Shown here piece by piece: positions 39,872 through 49,142 of a stretch of DNA of 64,000 bases. The notes under the pieces were generated by a model that was not told the origin of the DNA, did not search any database, and saw only the letters and a program-made list of their open reading frames with translations. Position numbers and translations under genes: made by a program. The stretch comes from Planctomycetota bacterium (GTDB taxonomy: Bacteria > Planctomycetota > PLA2 > JAEUHO01): contig CBDCWP010000026.1 of NCBI GenBank assembly GCA_965223505.1, positions 1 through 64,000 on the forward strand, written 5' to 3'. Within the stretch, counting starts at the first letter, position 1. Each line of letters begins with the position of its first letter.

Positions 39872-39913
39872 GAAGGGTCACGTCTCCGCGCGAGACGTGG
39901 CCCTTCTTCAATT
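39872..39913 (+). terminator. Intrinsic terminator hairpin between the lipopeptide gene and the convergent radical SAM gene
   Basis: 15-bp stem GAAGGGTCACGTCTC / GAGACGTGGCCCTTC (one G-U pair), 5-nt loop, then TTCAATT. Confidence 0.75.
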
Positions 39914-39971
39914 CGGGACGGATGCACGCAAGGCACGGCGAGCGCGTGGACGTGCCGCCGACCCGCAACGC

Positions 39972-42452
39972 CTAGCAGCACGCCTCGCCCGGCACGCAAC
40001 CGTTCTCCAACGTCGGGAACGGTTGCGTCGGATCCGTCACCAGGAACGACGACTGGTACGGCGCGACGCGCAGCTTCGCCGCCGTGTCCGTGCAGACCTC
40101 CACCGGTACGCCGCGCGGGAAGCGATGGCCCTCCTCGTCCACGACGGCCTCGAACGGCCCCAGGAACGTCGCCGTCTCGCCGATGTAGACGCACCCGGCC
40201 TTCTTCTCGTACTTCCACGCGCGGACCGTGACCGTCAGGTAGGTGACGTCTTCCACGCTGCGCCACGGCGCCCTGCGCAGCACCTCCAGACCGTGGAAGC
40301 CGGCCCGCCGCAGCATCGACAGGAAGGCGTCTTCCGAGAGCGCGCCGGAGAGGCACTCGCCCCACAACCTGCCGTCGACCTTCTGGTGCGGCGGCACCTC
40401 CCGGTCGGCGACGATGTCCGAGATGACCGCGCGGCCGTTGTCCTTCAAGACGCGCCAGATGCCCGCGAGCACGCGCTCCTTGTCCGGTGACAGGTTGATC
40501 ACGCAGTTGCTGGTCACGCAGTCGACGCTGGCCGCCTCGACGGGGATCTCCTCGAGGAATCCCTTGCGGAACTCCGCCACGTCGAAGCCGAGACGTTCGG
40601 CGACCAGCGGTTTGTTCTCCGCCGCGACCGCGAGCATGCGATCCGTCATGTCCACCCCGATCGCGCGTCCAGTCTCGCCGACCTTCTTCGCCGCGATGAA
40701 CACGTCGATGCCGGCGCCCGAGCCGAGATCGAGGTAGGTCTCGCCCGCTTGGAGTCCGCAGCGCGCGACCGGACTCCCGCATCCGTAGAAGCGGTCCAGG
40801 ACGGCCTGCGGAATGTGCGACGTGTCCTCCGGCTCGTAGCTCGTCGGACAGCACAGCTCCTCCTGCGGTTCCTCCGCGGCGTCGCCGTAGAACTCGCGCA
40901 CGACCTTGCGGGCGGCGTCGAGATCGTAGGAGAGCACGCATTCGCTGTGGCGAAGGCGCACGCCGGGCTCCGGCGCCGCGTCTACCTCCTTGTCGCCGCA
41001 CAGAACGGCGCCCTGCCCCATGGCGCGCTCGATGCGGGCCGCGTCGAACCCGGCTCGGTTGCGATGCGCCTTGCGCGCGTGCACCAACCGGTCGAACGCG
41101 TCGGCGATCATGCCCTTGTGCAGCTCGCAGTACGGGTCGTGCGCGAGGAACGACTTCTTGCCGAGCTGCGCGGGGCCGGCGTGCCAGGCGTGCTCGAGAT
41201 CGCCGCCGCCGCACAGGAACCGCAGCGAGCAGTCGCGGCACACGGCCTTCTCGGTGAGCGACAGACGGCGGATGTCCTCAAGCACGGTGCTCGTGCGCCA
41301 GATCGTCTCGAGCGACTGCTCGTTGAGGTCGCCGGCCCGAAGGTCCGACTCGCCGGCGAGCGCCGCACTCGGGTACACGCCCCCGTCGGCGTAGATGCAG
41401 AGACTCTCCCAGCCCATGTTGCTCAGGTCGTGGCGCGTCCCGGCGCGCGCGGTCAGCCGTTGCTCGACGGAGACGTCGTTGTCGACCGTGACGTCGAGCT
41501 CGTCGGCGACAGCCCGCACCTTGCGAACGACGTCCAGCACTCGTTCCGGCGCCAGCTCGAGGTCGTCGCCGGCCCGGCCGCGGTGGTGCAGCCAGAGCAG
41601 GTGGTGGTTCTTGACCCCCATGCCGGCGAGCAGGCGCGTGGTGTCGGGAAGATCCTCCGCATTCGACGCCATGATCACGGTCGTGACCGTGACCCGCAGG
41701 CCCGCATCGACCGCCTTGCGAATCCCGGCGTTGATCTTCTCGAACGATCCTTCGCCCCGGCACGGGTCGTTGAGCGCCGGCGTGCTGCCGTCGAGCGAGA
41801 TCTGCACGCGGAAGCGGTCGGTCGGGAAGTCCGAGAGCGTGCCGAGACGGTCGTCGGTGAACAGCATCCCGTTGGTCAGGACGCATACCTCGGTGTCGTC
41901 GTGACCGAGGATCCATGCGATGAGGCCGACCATGTCCTTGCGCAGGAAGGGCTCGCCGCCCGTGATGAACACGCGCTTCACGCCCAGATCGAGGCCCTGC
42001 CGGATCCACCCGCGCAATACGTCGGGCGCGACGCCTTTGTCGCCGTCCGGCCCGGACGACACGAGACAGTGCGCGCACGTCAGGTTGCACGAGTTGTTCG
42101 AGTGCACCCACAGCTCGCGCAGGTTCGCAAGCCGCAGACGCCCGGCTCGGCCCTCGTAGGCGCGCGCGGCGGACGGGGCGTGGCGCAGGAAGCCCTCGCG
42201 CAGGGCGTCGAGCGCGAAGCTGTGGACGTGCATCCACGCCTTGCCTGGGTCGTAGCCGAACGAGGAGCCGTACGACTGCGTGACATCGTCGAGGTTGCGG
42301 CGGCCGTCGAAGAGCGAAGCCAGTCGCTCACCCCGCTCGTCCGTCCCGATCCAGTGCGGTCCCTCGGGATCGATCAGGACCCGCGTGCCGTTCCGGCTCA
42401 GGCGGGCCATGGGGGGCGCGTGAAGCACGCTGGAGCCGTCGATCGTCGCCAT
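39972..42452 (-). CDS. Fusion: PqqD/RRE-like domain, radical SAM, SPASM-like domain, ArsM/AS3MT-type methyltransferase
   Basis: CNLTCAHC and ITGGEP; CRDCSLRFLCGGG...DPYC; ELCCP, FYGCGSP, DLGSGAGID, SNCVINL, WGECLSGA; ends EACC; GAGGAGG RBS. Confidence 0.9.
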   Translation of the reverse strand: MATIDGSSVLHAPPMARLSRNGTRVLIDPEGPHWIGTDERGERLASLFDGRRNLDDVTQSYGSSFGYDPGKAWMHVHSFALDALREGFLRHAPSAARAYEGRAGRLRLANLRELWVHSNNSCNLTCAHCLVSSGPDGDKGVAPDVLRGWIRQGLDLGVKRVFITGGEPFLRKDMVGLIAWILGHDDTEVCVLTNGMLFTDDRLGTLSDFPTDRFRVQISLDGSTPALNDPCRGEGSFEKINAGIRKAVDAGLRVTVTTVIMASNAEDLPDTTRLLAGMGVKNHHLLWLHHRGRAGDDLELAPERVLDVVRKVRAVADELDVTVDNDVSVEQRLTARAGTRHDLSNMGWESLCIYADGGVYPSAALAGESDLRAGDLNEQSLETIWRTSTVLEDIRRLSLTEKAVCRDCSLRFLCGGGDLEHAWHAGPAQLGKKSFLAHDPYCELHKGMIADAFDRLVHARKAHRNRAGFDAARIERAMGQGAVLCGDKEVDAAPEPGVRLRHSECVLSYDLDAARKVVREFYGDAAEEPQEELCCPTSYEPEDTSHIPQAVLDRFYGCGSPVARCGLQAGETYLDLGSGAGIDVFIAAKKVGETGRAIGVDMTDRMLAVAAENKPLVAERLGFDVAEFRKGFLEEIPVEAASVDCVTSNCVINLSPDKERVLAGIWRVLKDNGRAVISDIVADREVPPHQKVDGRLWGECLSGALSEDAFLSMLRRAGFHGLEVLRRAPWRSVEDVTYLTVTVRAWKYEKKAGCVYIGETATFLGPFEAVVDEEGHRFPRGVPVEVCTDTAAKLRVAPYQSSFLVTDPTQPFPTLENGCVPGEACC

Positions 42453-42640
42453 GGGGCCTCCTCCTCGACGCGGAAAGGACGTACGTTCCGGTCGTCCGCA
42501 TTGCAGCGGGGTGCGGATCCTACCGCACCCCCGACCACGGGTGCGCGGGGGCGGGGGACGGGGATCCCGGAAGCGCGGGGGGCATCGAGATCGGTCGACG
42601 GGGGGTTGAAACCGGGGTACACCCGAGCCGGAGGCCCCCC

Positions 42641-44110
42641 ATGCGAACGGTCCGACTCGTGCTGATTTTCGCCCTGCTCCTGGTTTCGACAGCGGCCGCG
42701 CACGCCGAGGAGCAACCGGCGACGCGACGCATCAAGATCCCGGCGGCCTCGCTCACCGTCGACGTGCCCGCCGACTGGACCGTCGACCAGTACGACGACG
42801 CGCCGCTCAAGCTGTCCAAGGGCAAGGCGGCGGTCTGGTTTCGAACCGTGGCGGCGGCGCCGGGCGGCTCGAACGACCTCCAGCGCCTGGCAGACCGCGT
42901 CGGCGCCGACTTGGCGAACCCGCCCAAGGTCGCTCGCTGGAAGGTGAAGGGCGCGTTCGGCGCGCGTGCGCTCTGGTACGAGGAGGAAGGACAAACGCGC
43001 TTCGCCGGCATCATCAACGTCACGGACAAGTCCGCGATTCACGTCGAGGCGTACATCAGCGAGCCGGAGCAAGACACCCGCAAGGCGCTGGAGGCGATCT
43101 TCGGGACCGTGAACACGACCGCGTTCGCGCACCCCGAGCGCCATGTGAGCTGGAACGATGGCTGGACGCTCGAGATTCCGTCCGACTGGACGCGGCAGCG
43201 GGACGAAGCCCACGCGAACCGGGTGCGCCTGCGCTCGCCCGGCCGATCCGGTGTCACCCTGCGCATCGATCGCGTCACCGAGAAGGCGGCCGCGGAGACG
43301 GCCGCGCAGCGCGTGCGCCGCATGATCGACGCGACGGCGGAGACGATCCGCGCGCGGGGCCTGAGCTTCTCGATCGAGGGCGAGGGCGGGGACATGGCCA
43401 TCGGCTCGACCGACTTGAAGCACGGCGATGCCGCGCCGTCGTTCCGCGGCCGCGCACGCATCTCACGGGAGGGCATGGCGCAGCCGATCTTCATGCACGT
43501 CGAGGCGCTCCTCGTCGGCCGCATCGAGCTGTTGCTCGCGTGCACGGGCGGCGCGAAGGATGTGCTCGAGGCGGCGCGCGCGACGGCGGCCACGCTGCAG
43601 GAAGGCACGCATCCGGGGCCCTATGAGATTCGGGTGCCGGCCCGGCCCGACCGCTTCGAGAGCAAGAAGGCGCCTCCGGTTCGCTTCGACCTGCCCGAGG
43701 GCTGGACGCTGGGCACGCCGCGAAGCCCCATGCGGCTGGCGGAGATCCAGGCGCCGGGCGGGCTGCACGGCTCCGTGTACTACTTCGGCGAGGGCCGGGG
43801 CGGCGGCCTCGAGCCCAACATCGAGCGCTGGAAGGGCCAGTGGACCGAGGCCGGCGAATGGAAGCGCGAGACGCTCGAGCTGGACGACGACATGCGGGCG
43901 ACGCTCTTGTCGGGTTTCGGCCGCTACGTCGCGCCGCTGCGGCCGGGGTTGCCGGACAAGCACGACAAGCCCGACCACGGGTTGCTGGCGGCGTATGTCG
44001 AGGTTCCCAAGGGCCCGCTCATGTTCAAGATCGTCGGGCCGAAGAAGGACGTCGAGAAGGCCGCGACCGCGTTTCGCAATTGGATTCGCAGCTTCAAGCC
44101 TGCGGACTGA
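42641..44110 (+). CDS. Exported hypothetical protein with repeated PsbP-like segments
   Basis: GGAGG RBS, signal peptide; three P..W starts (VPADW, IPSDW, LPEGW); YFGEGRGGG..NIERW. Confidence 0.75.
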   Translation: MRTVRLVLIFALLLVSTAAAHAEEQPATRRIKIPAASLTVDVPADWTVDQYDDAPLKLSKGKAAVWFRTVAAAPGGSNDLQRLADRVGADLANPPKVARWKVKGAFGARALWYEEEGQTRFAGIINVTDKSAIHVEAYISEPEQDTRKALEAIFGTVNTTAFAHPERHVSWNDGWTLEIPSDWTRQRDEAHANRVRLRSPGRSGVTLRIDRVTEKAAAETAAQRVRRMIDATAETIRARGLSFSIEGEGGDMAIGSTDLKHGDAAPSFRGRARISREGMAQPIFMHVEALLVGRIELLLACTGGAKDVLEAARATAATLQEGTHPGPYEIRVPARPDRFESKKAPPVRFDLPEGWTLGTPRSPMRLAEIQAPGGLHGSVYYFGEGRGGGLEPNIERWKGQWTEAGEWKRETLELDDDMRATLLSGFGRYVAPLRPGLPDKHDKPDHGLLAAYVEVPKGPLMFKIVGPKKDVEKAATAFRNWIRSFKPAD

Positions 44111-44123
44111 CCGGTCACGGGCC

Positions 44124-44243
44124 GTAGGGGCAACCCTTGTGGCTGCCCAACCGCACATGCGTTCAGACCTGATCGACGAACGAGGGTCGCCCCTACATCC
44201 AACCCCGCTCCCGGAGCCCGGGCCCGTCGCGGGTCGCCCCTAC
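44124..44243. repeat. GTAG-type REP doublet (44124-44196) plus a half unit (44231-44243)
   Basis: GTAGGGGCAACCCTTGTGGCTGCCCAACCGCACATGCG nearly identical to the 12055 copy; the half unit provides the stop codon of the DUF2891 gene. Confidence 0.85.
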
Positions 44244-45199
44244 AGCGTCAACGCATACACCGCGAACTGCGGGACCCAATGGTCGTACGCCGCATAGTCG
44301 CCCTTGTGCGCCGCGAACTCCTTCAGACCCTGCCGCACGTGCGCCTCGTACGCCTGCTCGAAACGCTTCCGCTCGGCCTCCGGCGCCTTGCGGCTCAATT
44401 TCTTCAGCGCCCACGCCCGGCTCCAATTCATGCCAAAGTGATGCGGCCTCGGCTTCGCGTGCACGATCGGCTTCAGATCCGCGTCGGCGATGGGCCGCTT
44501 CTTCAGGAACGCGTGAAGCGTCGTCTCGTCCAGCGTCTCGGCGATCAAGTGCACCCAATTGCCGAAACGCGAGAAGAACTCCTGTCGCTCATTGTCGGAG
44601 CCGAAGCTCAGTTTCTCGTCCCCGAGGAAGCGCTCACGAACGATCTCCTCGACCCGGCTGCAACCTGCATCGTCCTTCACGTAACGGAAGAAGGCGTGCA
44701 CCTGCACGAGCGCCCACGCGTCGTTCGCGTACTCGCGCGACGCGGGCGTCGGCGAGCCCTTCTCCAGGTACTCGATCAGGGTCTTGGCCTGCACGGACGC
44801 CACGCGCCTCAGCGGCTCGTGCGGCTTGATCGAATCGGCCTCGATCGCGAGGCGCAGGAACCAAGCGCGCCCGTACGGCAGCTCGAATGCCGGGCGCTTG
44901 ACCAAGTCCGCACTCTCGGCTTCCAGCGCTGTGGCGGTGAAACGCTCCAGTACGCGGTCGGCAAGGGCCTTGTGACGCTTGACCGTGCGCGCGATCCGAA
45001 GCAATGCCCAATGGCCGTGTACCGAGGAGTGCCAGTCGTAGCAGCCGTGGAAGATCGCGTGTTCGGTGTCCTTGCGCTCGATCGCGTCCTTCAGAATCGG
45101 CACGAACGCATCGAGTGCCTCGTTCACGTCGATCGTCTCGTCGTCGGCGTGCACGGGCAGCACCCAAACCAGCAGAGCCACGCCCGCCAGTCGACGCAC
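44240..45199 (-). CDS. DUF2891-family protein, exported
   Basis: HAIFHGCYDWHSSVHGHW, FELPYGRAWFL, GMNWSRAWAL, DHWV; probable GTG start at 45199. Confidence 0.82.
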   Translation of the reverse strand: MRRLAGVALLVWVLPVHADDETIDVNEALDAFVPILKDAIERKDTEHAIFHGCYDWHSSVHGHWALLRIARTVKRHKALADRVLERFTATALEAESADLVKRPAFELPYGRAWFLRLAIEADSIKPHEPLRRVASVQAKTLIEYLEKGSPTPASREYANDAWALVQVHAFFRYVKDDAGCSRVEEIVRERFLGDEKLSFGSDNERQEFFSRFGNWVHLIAETLDETTLHAFLKKRPIADADLKPIVHAKPRPHHFGMNWSRAWALKKLSRKAPEAERKRFEQAYEAHVRQGLKEFAAHKGDYAAYDHWVPQFAVYALTL

Positions 45200-45200
45200 G

Positions 45201-46691
45201 TCAAACCACATACCCGACGCAGCCGCGGCGCTCGGTGTCGGCACCCGCATTGAAGCCGCCTTCGGTCTGCGACACGGCCTGCACGCCGCCGAAGAAGAAG
45301 CCTGCCTCGTACGTGTACACGACCTCGTCGCCGAACTGCTCCAGCGCCGCCGCCTCGGGCGGTGTGCGTCCGTGCGCCTCGATGTAGATCGTGTCGCCTT
45401 CGGTGTGGATGCGCGGGTGCTTGACCGCCTGCTCGAGCGTCATGCCGCTGTCGATGATCTGCACGATCGTCTGCAGGATCGCCGAACGAATGCGAGCGCT
45501 GCCCGAGGCGCCGAGCGCCCCCCACCGGCCCTTTCGGTCGCGCAGGATCGTCGGCGCCATCGAGGTGCGCATGCGGTCGCCCGGCGCGTGGTGCTCGGAG
45601 GGCTTGAAGATGTCCTCTTCGCCCAGGAAGTTGTTCAGCATGATCCCGGTGCCGGGAATGACGAACCCGGCGCCCTCGCCGACGGTGGTCGTGAACGACA
45701 CGACGTTGCCGTCGGCGTCGATCGTAGAGCACTGCATCGTCGATCCCCCGGGGCACATGGCGAGGACCGCGTCGAGGTAACCCTCCTCGAAAATGCGCGC
45801 CTCGTACTCCTCGGTTCGAATCGCCGCGCTCACGCGCAGCGCGGTGGCGATCTCACCCCAGAACGCGGGGTCGTCCACCGGCGGCAATCGGTCGCGCGTT
45901 TCGAGGAACGCGAGCGCGGCAAGCACCTGCGCGCCGGTCAGGCTCGGCATCGCCGGCGCGAAGACGTTCCAGTCGCGGTACGTGCTGCGAAGCGGCGTGT
46001 GGTAGACGGGCTCGTACCGGGCGAGGTCCTCGAGCGTGATCACGCCGTCCGAGCACGCGGCGATGCGTTGGGCGATCTCGCCCCGGTAGAAGAGATCCAC
46101 CCCCTCGGTCACGATCGCCTCGAGCGTGTCGGCGAGGTCCTCGTTGTGCAGCCGGTCGCCCTCTTCCAGCACCTGGTCGCCCTTGCCGATCAACGCCCAG
46201 CCGCCCGGCGAGCGCCGGAAGACCGGCTCGAGCAGCCCGAACGCCTTCTCATGGCCTTCAGTGACCTCGACGCCCTCGCGCGCGGCCTGGATCACCGGTG
46301 CCGCCAGCTCCTTCATCGGCACGCTTCCGTAGCGCTCGTGCACGCGGAAGAACCCGGCCAGCTGACCGGGGGTCGCGATGGTCAGCGGTCCCACGAGGAA
46401 CGGCAGCCGCACGCCCTCGAACGGAACGATGACGACATCGGGTTCCCAGGGCGAGATGACGTCCCGGCCGTGGCCCGGCAGGCTCGCGAAGTGGTCGAGA
46501 ACGATGACGTCGTCGCCCATGCGCAGCGTCATCACGCCGCCGCCGGCGAGGCTGGTCATCGTCGGCAGCGTCAAGCTCGCCATGAGCCCGGCGGCGACGG
46601 CCGCATCGACGGCATTGCCGCCGGCGGCGAGGACGTCGGCGCCGTGACGGGCACTGGCGGCGTCTCCGGATGCGCAGGCTCCGCGGTTCAT
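45201..46691 (-). CDS. ggt: Gamma-glutamyltransferase family protein
   Basis: GGNAVDAAVA, ST.QCSTIDADGNVVSFTTT, TGIMLNN, SMAPT, GASGS.RI, PRIH. Confidence 0.88.
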   Translation of the reverse strand: MNRGACASGDAASARHGADVLAAGGNAVDAAVAAGLMASLTLPTMTSLAGGGVMTLRMGDDVIVLDHFASLPGHGRDVISPWEPDVVIVPFEGVRLPFLVGPLTIATPGQLAGFFRVHERYGSVPMKELAAPVIQAAREGVEVTEGHEKAFGLLEPVFRRSPGGWALIGKGDQVLEEGDRLHNEDLADTLEAIVTEGVDLFYRGEIAQRIAACSDGVITLEDLARYEPVYHTPLRSTYRDWNVFAPAMPSLTGAQVLAALAFLETRDRLPPVDDPAFWGEIATALRVSAAIRTEEYEARIFEEGYLDAVLAMCPGGSTMQCSTIDADGNVVSFTTTVGEGAGFVIPGTGIMLNNFLGEEDIFKPSEHHAPGDRMRTSMAPTILRDRKGRWGALGASGSARIRSAILQTIVQIIDSGMTLEQAVKHPRIHTEGDTIYIEAHGRTPPEAAALEQFGDEVVYTYEAGFFFGGVQAVSQTEGGFNAGADTERRGCVGYVV

Positions 46692-46731
46692 GGCGCGTAT
46701 CCTACGCGCGCCGCACCGGAGTGAGCCGCGC

Positions 46732-47328
46732 ATGCAGATCGATCCGACAACTCTCTCGCCCCGCGACGCCTACCGCCTCATGATCGCCTGCGTGATTCCA
46801 CGCCCCATCGCGTGGACGAGCACGGTCGACGCCGACGGCCGGCCCAACCTCGCCCCCTTCAGCTTCTTCGGCGGCGTCACGAGCAGCCCGATGACCGTGA
46901 TGGTGAGCGTGGGCCGGCGCGGCGGCGTCGAGAAGGACACGGGAGCGAACCTCAAGGCGACCGGCGAAGCGGTCGTGCACATCTGCACGCGGCCGCTCGC
47001 CGAATCGATGGTGGCGACGTCCGCCGAGGCGGCGCCGGACGTCAGCGAATTCGAGCTCGCCGGCCTGCCCGCGCTGCCGAGCGCGAAGGTGAAACCGCCT
47101 CGGGTCGCAACGGCCGCGATCGCGATGGAGGCCCGGGTCGCGCATCACATGACCGTCGGCACGGCGCCGGTGGACCTGTTCCTGCTCGAGGTCGTGCAAC
47201 TGCACGTGGCCGACGAGATGCTCGTGGACGGCCTGCCGGATCCGGCGCGGCTCCAAGCCGTCGGCCGCCTGGGCGGAGCTGGGTACTGCGACACCGCCGC
47301 GCCGTTCGAGGTGCGCCGGCCGGATTGA
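46732..47328 (+). CDS. Flavin reductase-like (DIM6/NTAB) protein
   Basis: PRPIAWTST, NLAPFSFF, KDT..N, VGRLGG..Y. Confidence 0.9.
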   Translation: MQIDPTTLSPRDAYRLMIACVIPRPIAWTSTVDADGRPNLAPFSFFGGVTSSPMTVMVSVGRRGGVEKDTGANLKATGEAVVHICTRPLAESMVATSAEAAPDVSEFELAGLPALPSAKVKPPRVATAAIAMEARVAHHMTVGTAPVDLFLLEVVQLHVADEMLVDGLPDPARLQAVGRLGGAGYCDTAAPFEVRRPD

Positions 47329-47475
47329 CGCGAAATAGGCGCGCCGCATTCGCGCCCATGTTTCACGACGGACGCACCCCATGTTGCTCCAGGGCTGGGG
47401 TCCAAGAGGCAGCCCGTCGTTGCGGCCACTCTCCGGTGCGTCGTTGGGGATGCGGCGGGCTGCCTCGCTTCTCGA

Positions 47476-47670
47476 TCAGACGTCGGGACGGTCGTCCGTC
47501 AACGCCAAGTTGTTGACCGCCTGCCACAACGACGCGATCGCCTCCCGAACATTGGCGTCGGCCGTCGGCGACAGGTCTTCGTCGAGGAGCGCCTTCAGGA
47601 CGTCGTACGCCTCGAGCAGCTTCGTCTCGGCCTGCGTGAGGTCGGCGCCGAGTAGATCCTTTCCGGACAT
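47476..47670 (-). CDS. Small helical protein (64 aa) coupled to the CoA ligase
   Basis: MSGKDLLGADLTQAETKLLEAY...WQAVNNLAL; TGATG overlap with the ligase stop; AAGGGAG RBS. Confidence 0.78.
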   Translation of the reverse strand: MSGKDLLGADLTQAETKLLEAYDVLKALLDEDLSPTADANVREAIASLWQAVNNLALTDDRPDV

Positions 47671-49013
47671 CAGTTCGCTCCCTTCACCACGCGCTCGTCG
47701 AGCACACGCTTCGCCTTGAGCTCGAAACGCGGCAATGTGCCCGCCTCGACGCGCAGGACCTTGAATCCGAGCCCCTCGGTGTTGGTCGAGAGATCGCTCT
47801 GCAGCCGGCGCGCGACCGCGTCCCACTGGCCCTCGAAGCCCGAACGCACCTCGCAGCGCACCGCGATCTCGTCGCGGATGCCGTCCTTCGTGTGCAGGTA
47901 GATCTGGAACTCGTCGACCGCCGGATACTCGCGCACGATCGCCTCGACGGCGCGTGGATACACGTTCGTGCCGCGGATGAGCAACATGTCGTCGACACGT
48001 CCGCGAATGCCGCCTTCGTAAACGTCGAACGTTCGGCCGCAGCCGCAGATGGTGTGCGGCTGCTTGAGGACCAGGTCGCGCGTCTTGTAGCGCAGCAGCG
48101 GGATCGCGCCGCGGCCGAAGCTCGTAACGACACGCTCGCCCTGCTCGCCGTAGTCCACCGGCTCCCCGGTGTCGGGGTCGATGACCTCCTCGATGAAGTG
48201 GTCCTCGATGATGTGCGTGCCGCCCGGCTGATCGGAGCACTCGAACATCATGATCGTGCCGATCTCGGTCATGCCGGCGGTGTCGGCGGCGGCGGCCCCC
48301 CACTGCTCTTCGATCATGCGCTTGCTGGCCGGGATCGATCCGGCGGGCTCGCCCGAGAGGATCAGCCGGTCGACCTTGCCGGCGGGCAGATCCATGCCGA
48401 GGTCTTCGGCTTCCTGCGCGAGACGCAGCGCGTAGGTGGGCGTCGCGCAGACGACGGTCGCGCCGACCTCGTCGATGAGCCCGACGCGGTTCGCAGTGTT
48501 CATGTTGCCGGACGGCAGCACGAGGCAGCCGATCTTCTCGCAGCCGTAGTGCGCGCCCCAGAACCCGATGAAGGTGCCGTACGAGAACGCGAAGAACACG
48601 CGGTCGGTCGGCCGCACCCCGAAGCCGTAGAACCCGTAGCACCAACACTCGGAGATCCACTTCCAGTCCGTACGGCTGTCGAGCACGCGCAGGGGCGTGC
48701 GTCCGGACGTGCCCGACGTCGTGTGATAGCGGATCGTGTCGTCGGGCGTCTGGATCGTCATCTCGCCGAACGGCGGGTGCTCCTCCTGGGACTTCATCCA
48801 CGCGTCGCGCGTCGTGAAGGGGATCCGCTGCAGGTCGTCGACGCCCTGGATGTCGTCGGGCTTCACGCCCGCCTCGTCCAGCAGCTTCCGATGGAACGGG
48901 CTGTGCGCGTACGCCCGCTGAACGACGTTGCGCAGCCGGTGGCTCTGCAACGCCTTCAGTTCGTCACGCGGCATCGTCTCCGTCTTGGGATTCCAATAGG
49001 GGCTCGCAGTCAT
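47670..49013 (-). CDS. Phenylacetate-CoA-ligase-family acyl-CoA synthetase
   Basis: TTSGTSG P-loop, AGMTEIG, LRYKTRD, GRVDDMLLIRGTNVYP, KAKRV; start MTASPYWNP at 49013. Confidence 0.92.
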   Translation of the reverse strand: MTASPYWNPKTETMPRDELKALQSHRLRNVVQRAYAHSPFHRKLLDEAGVKPDDIQGVDDLQRIPFTTRDAWMKSQEEHPPFGEMTIQTPDDTIRYHTTSGTSGRTPLRVLDSRTDWKWISECWCYGFYGFGVRPTDRVFFAFSYGTFIGFWGAHYGCEKIGCLVLPSGNMNTANRVGLIDEVGATVVCATPTYALRLAQEAEDLGMDLPAGKVDRLILSGEPAGSIPASKRMIEEQWGAAAADTAGMTEIGTIMMFECSDQPGGTHIIEDHFIEEVIDPDTGEPVDYGEQGERVVTSFGRGAIPLLRYKTRDLVLKQPHTICGCGRTFDVYEGGIRGRVDDMLLIRGTNVYPRAVEAIVREYPAVDEFQIYLHTKDGIRDEIAVRCEVRSGFEGQWDAVARRLQSDLSTNTEGLGFKVLRVEAGTLPRFELKAKRVLDERVVKGAN

Positions 49014-49142
49014 GGCCGGCCGTCCTCCGTCCGCCGGCGTCGTCGCCGGGCGGGAGGAGGAATCTATCCCTACGCGCGCGCGATTGGTAGGGCCCTCCAA
49101 TCGACCCTCGATTCCGCGACGATCCCCCCGCAGAATCCGCGC

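Noticed and set aside
31007..42452. Selenocysteine (TGA) readthrough in the SenB-like operon or the ArsM fusion
   Set aside because: The reading frames are uninterrupted, and the TGA stops at 31849 and 32652 are ordinary start/stop overlaps
42500..42535. Hairpin GGGGTGCGG-ATCCTA-CCGCACCCC upstream of the radical SAM fusion as a possible riboswitch
   Set aside because: No recognisable SAM or cobalamin riboswitch consensus; its loop is a TAGGAT -10-like hexamer on the minus strand; an Rfam scan would be needed
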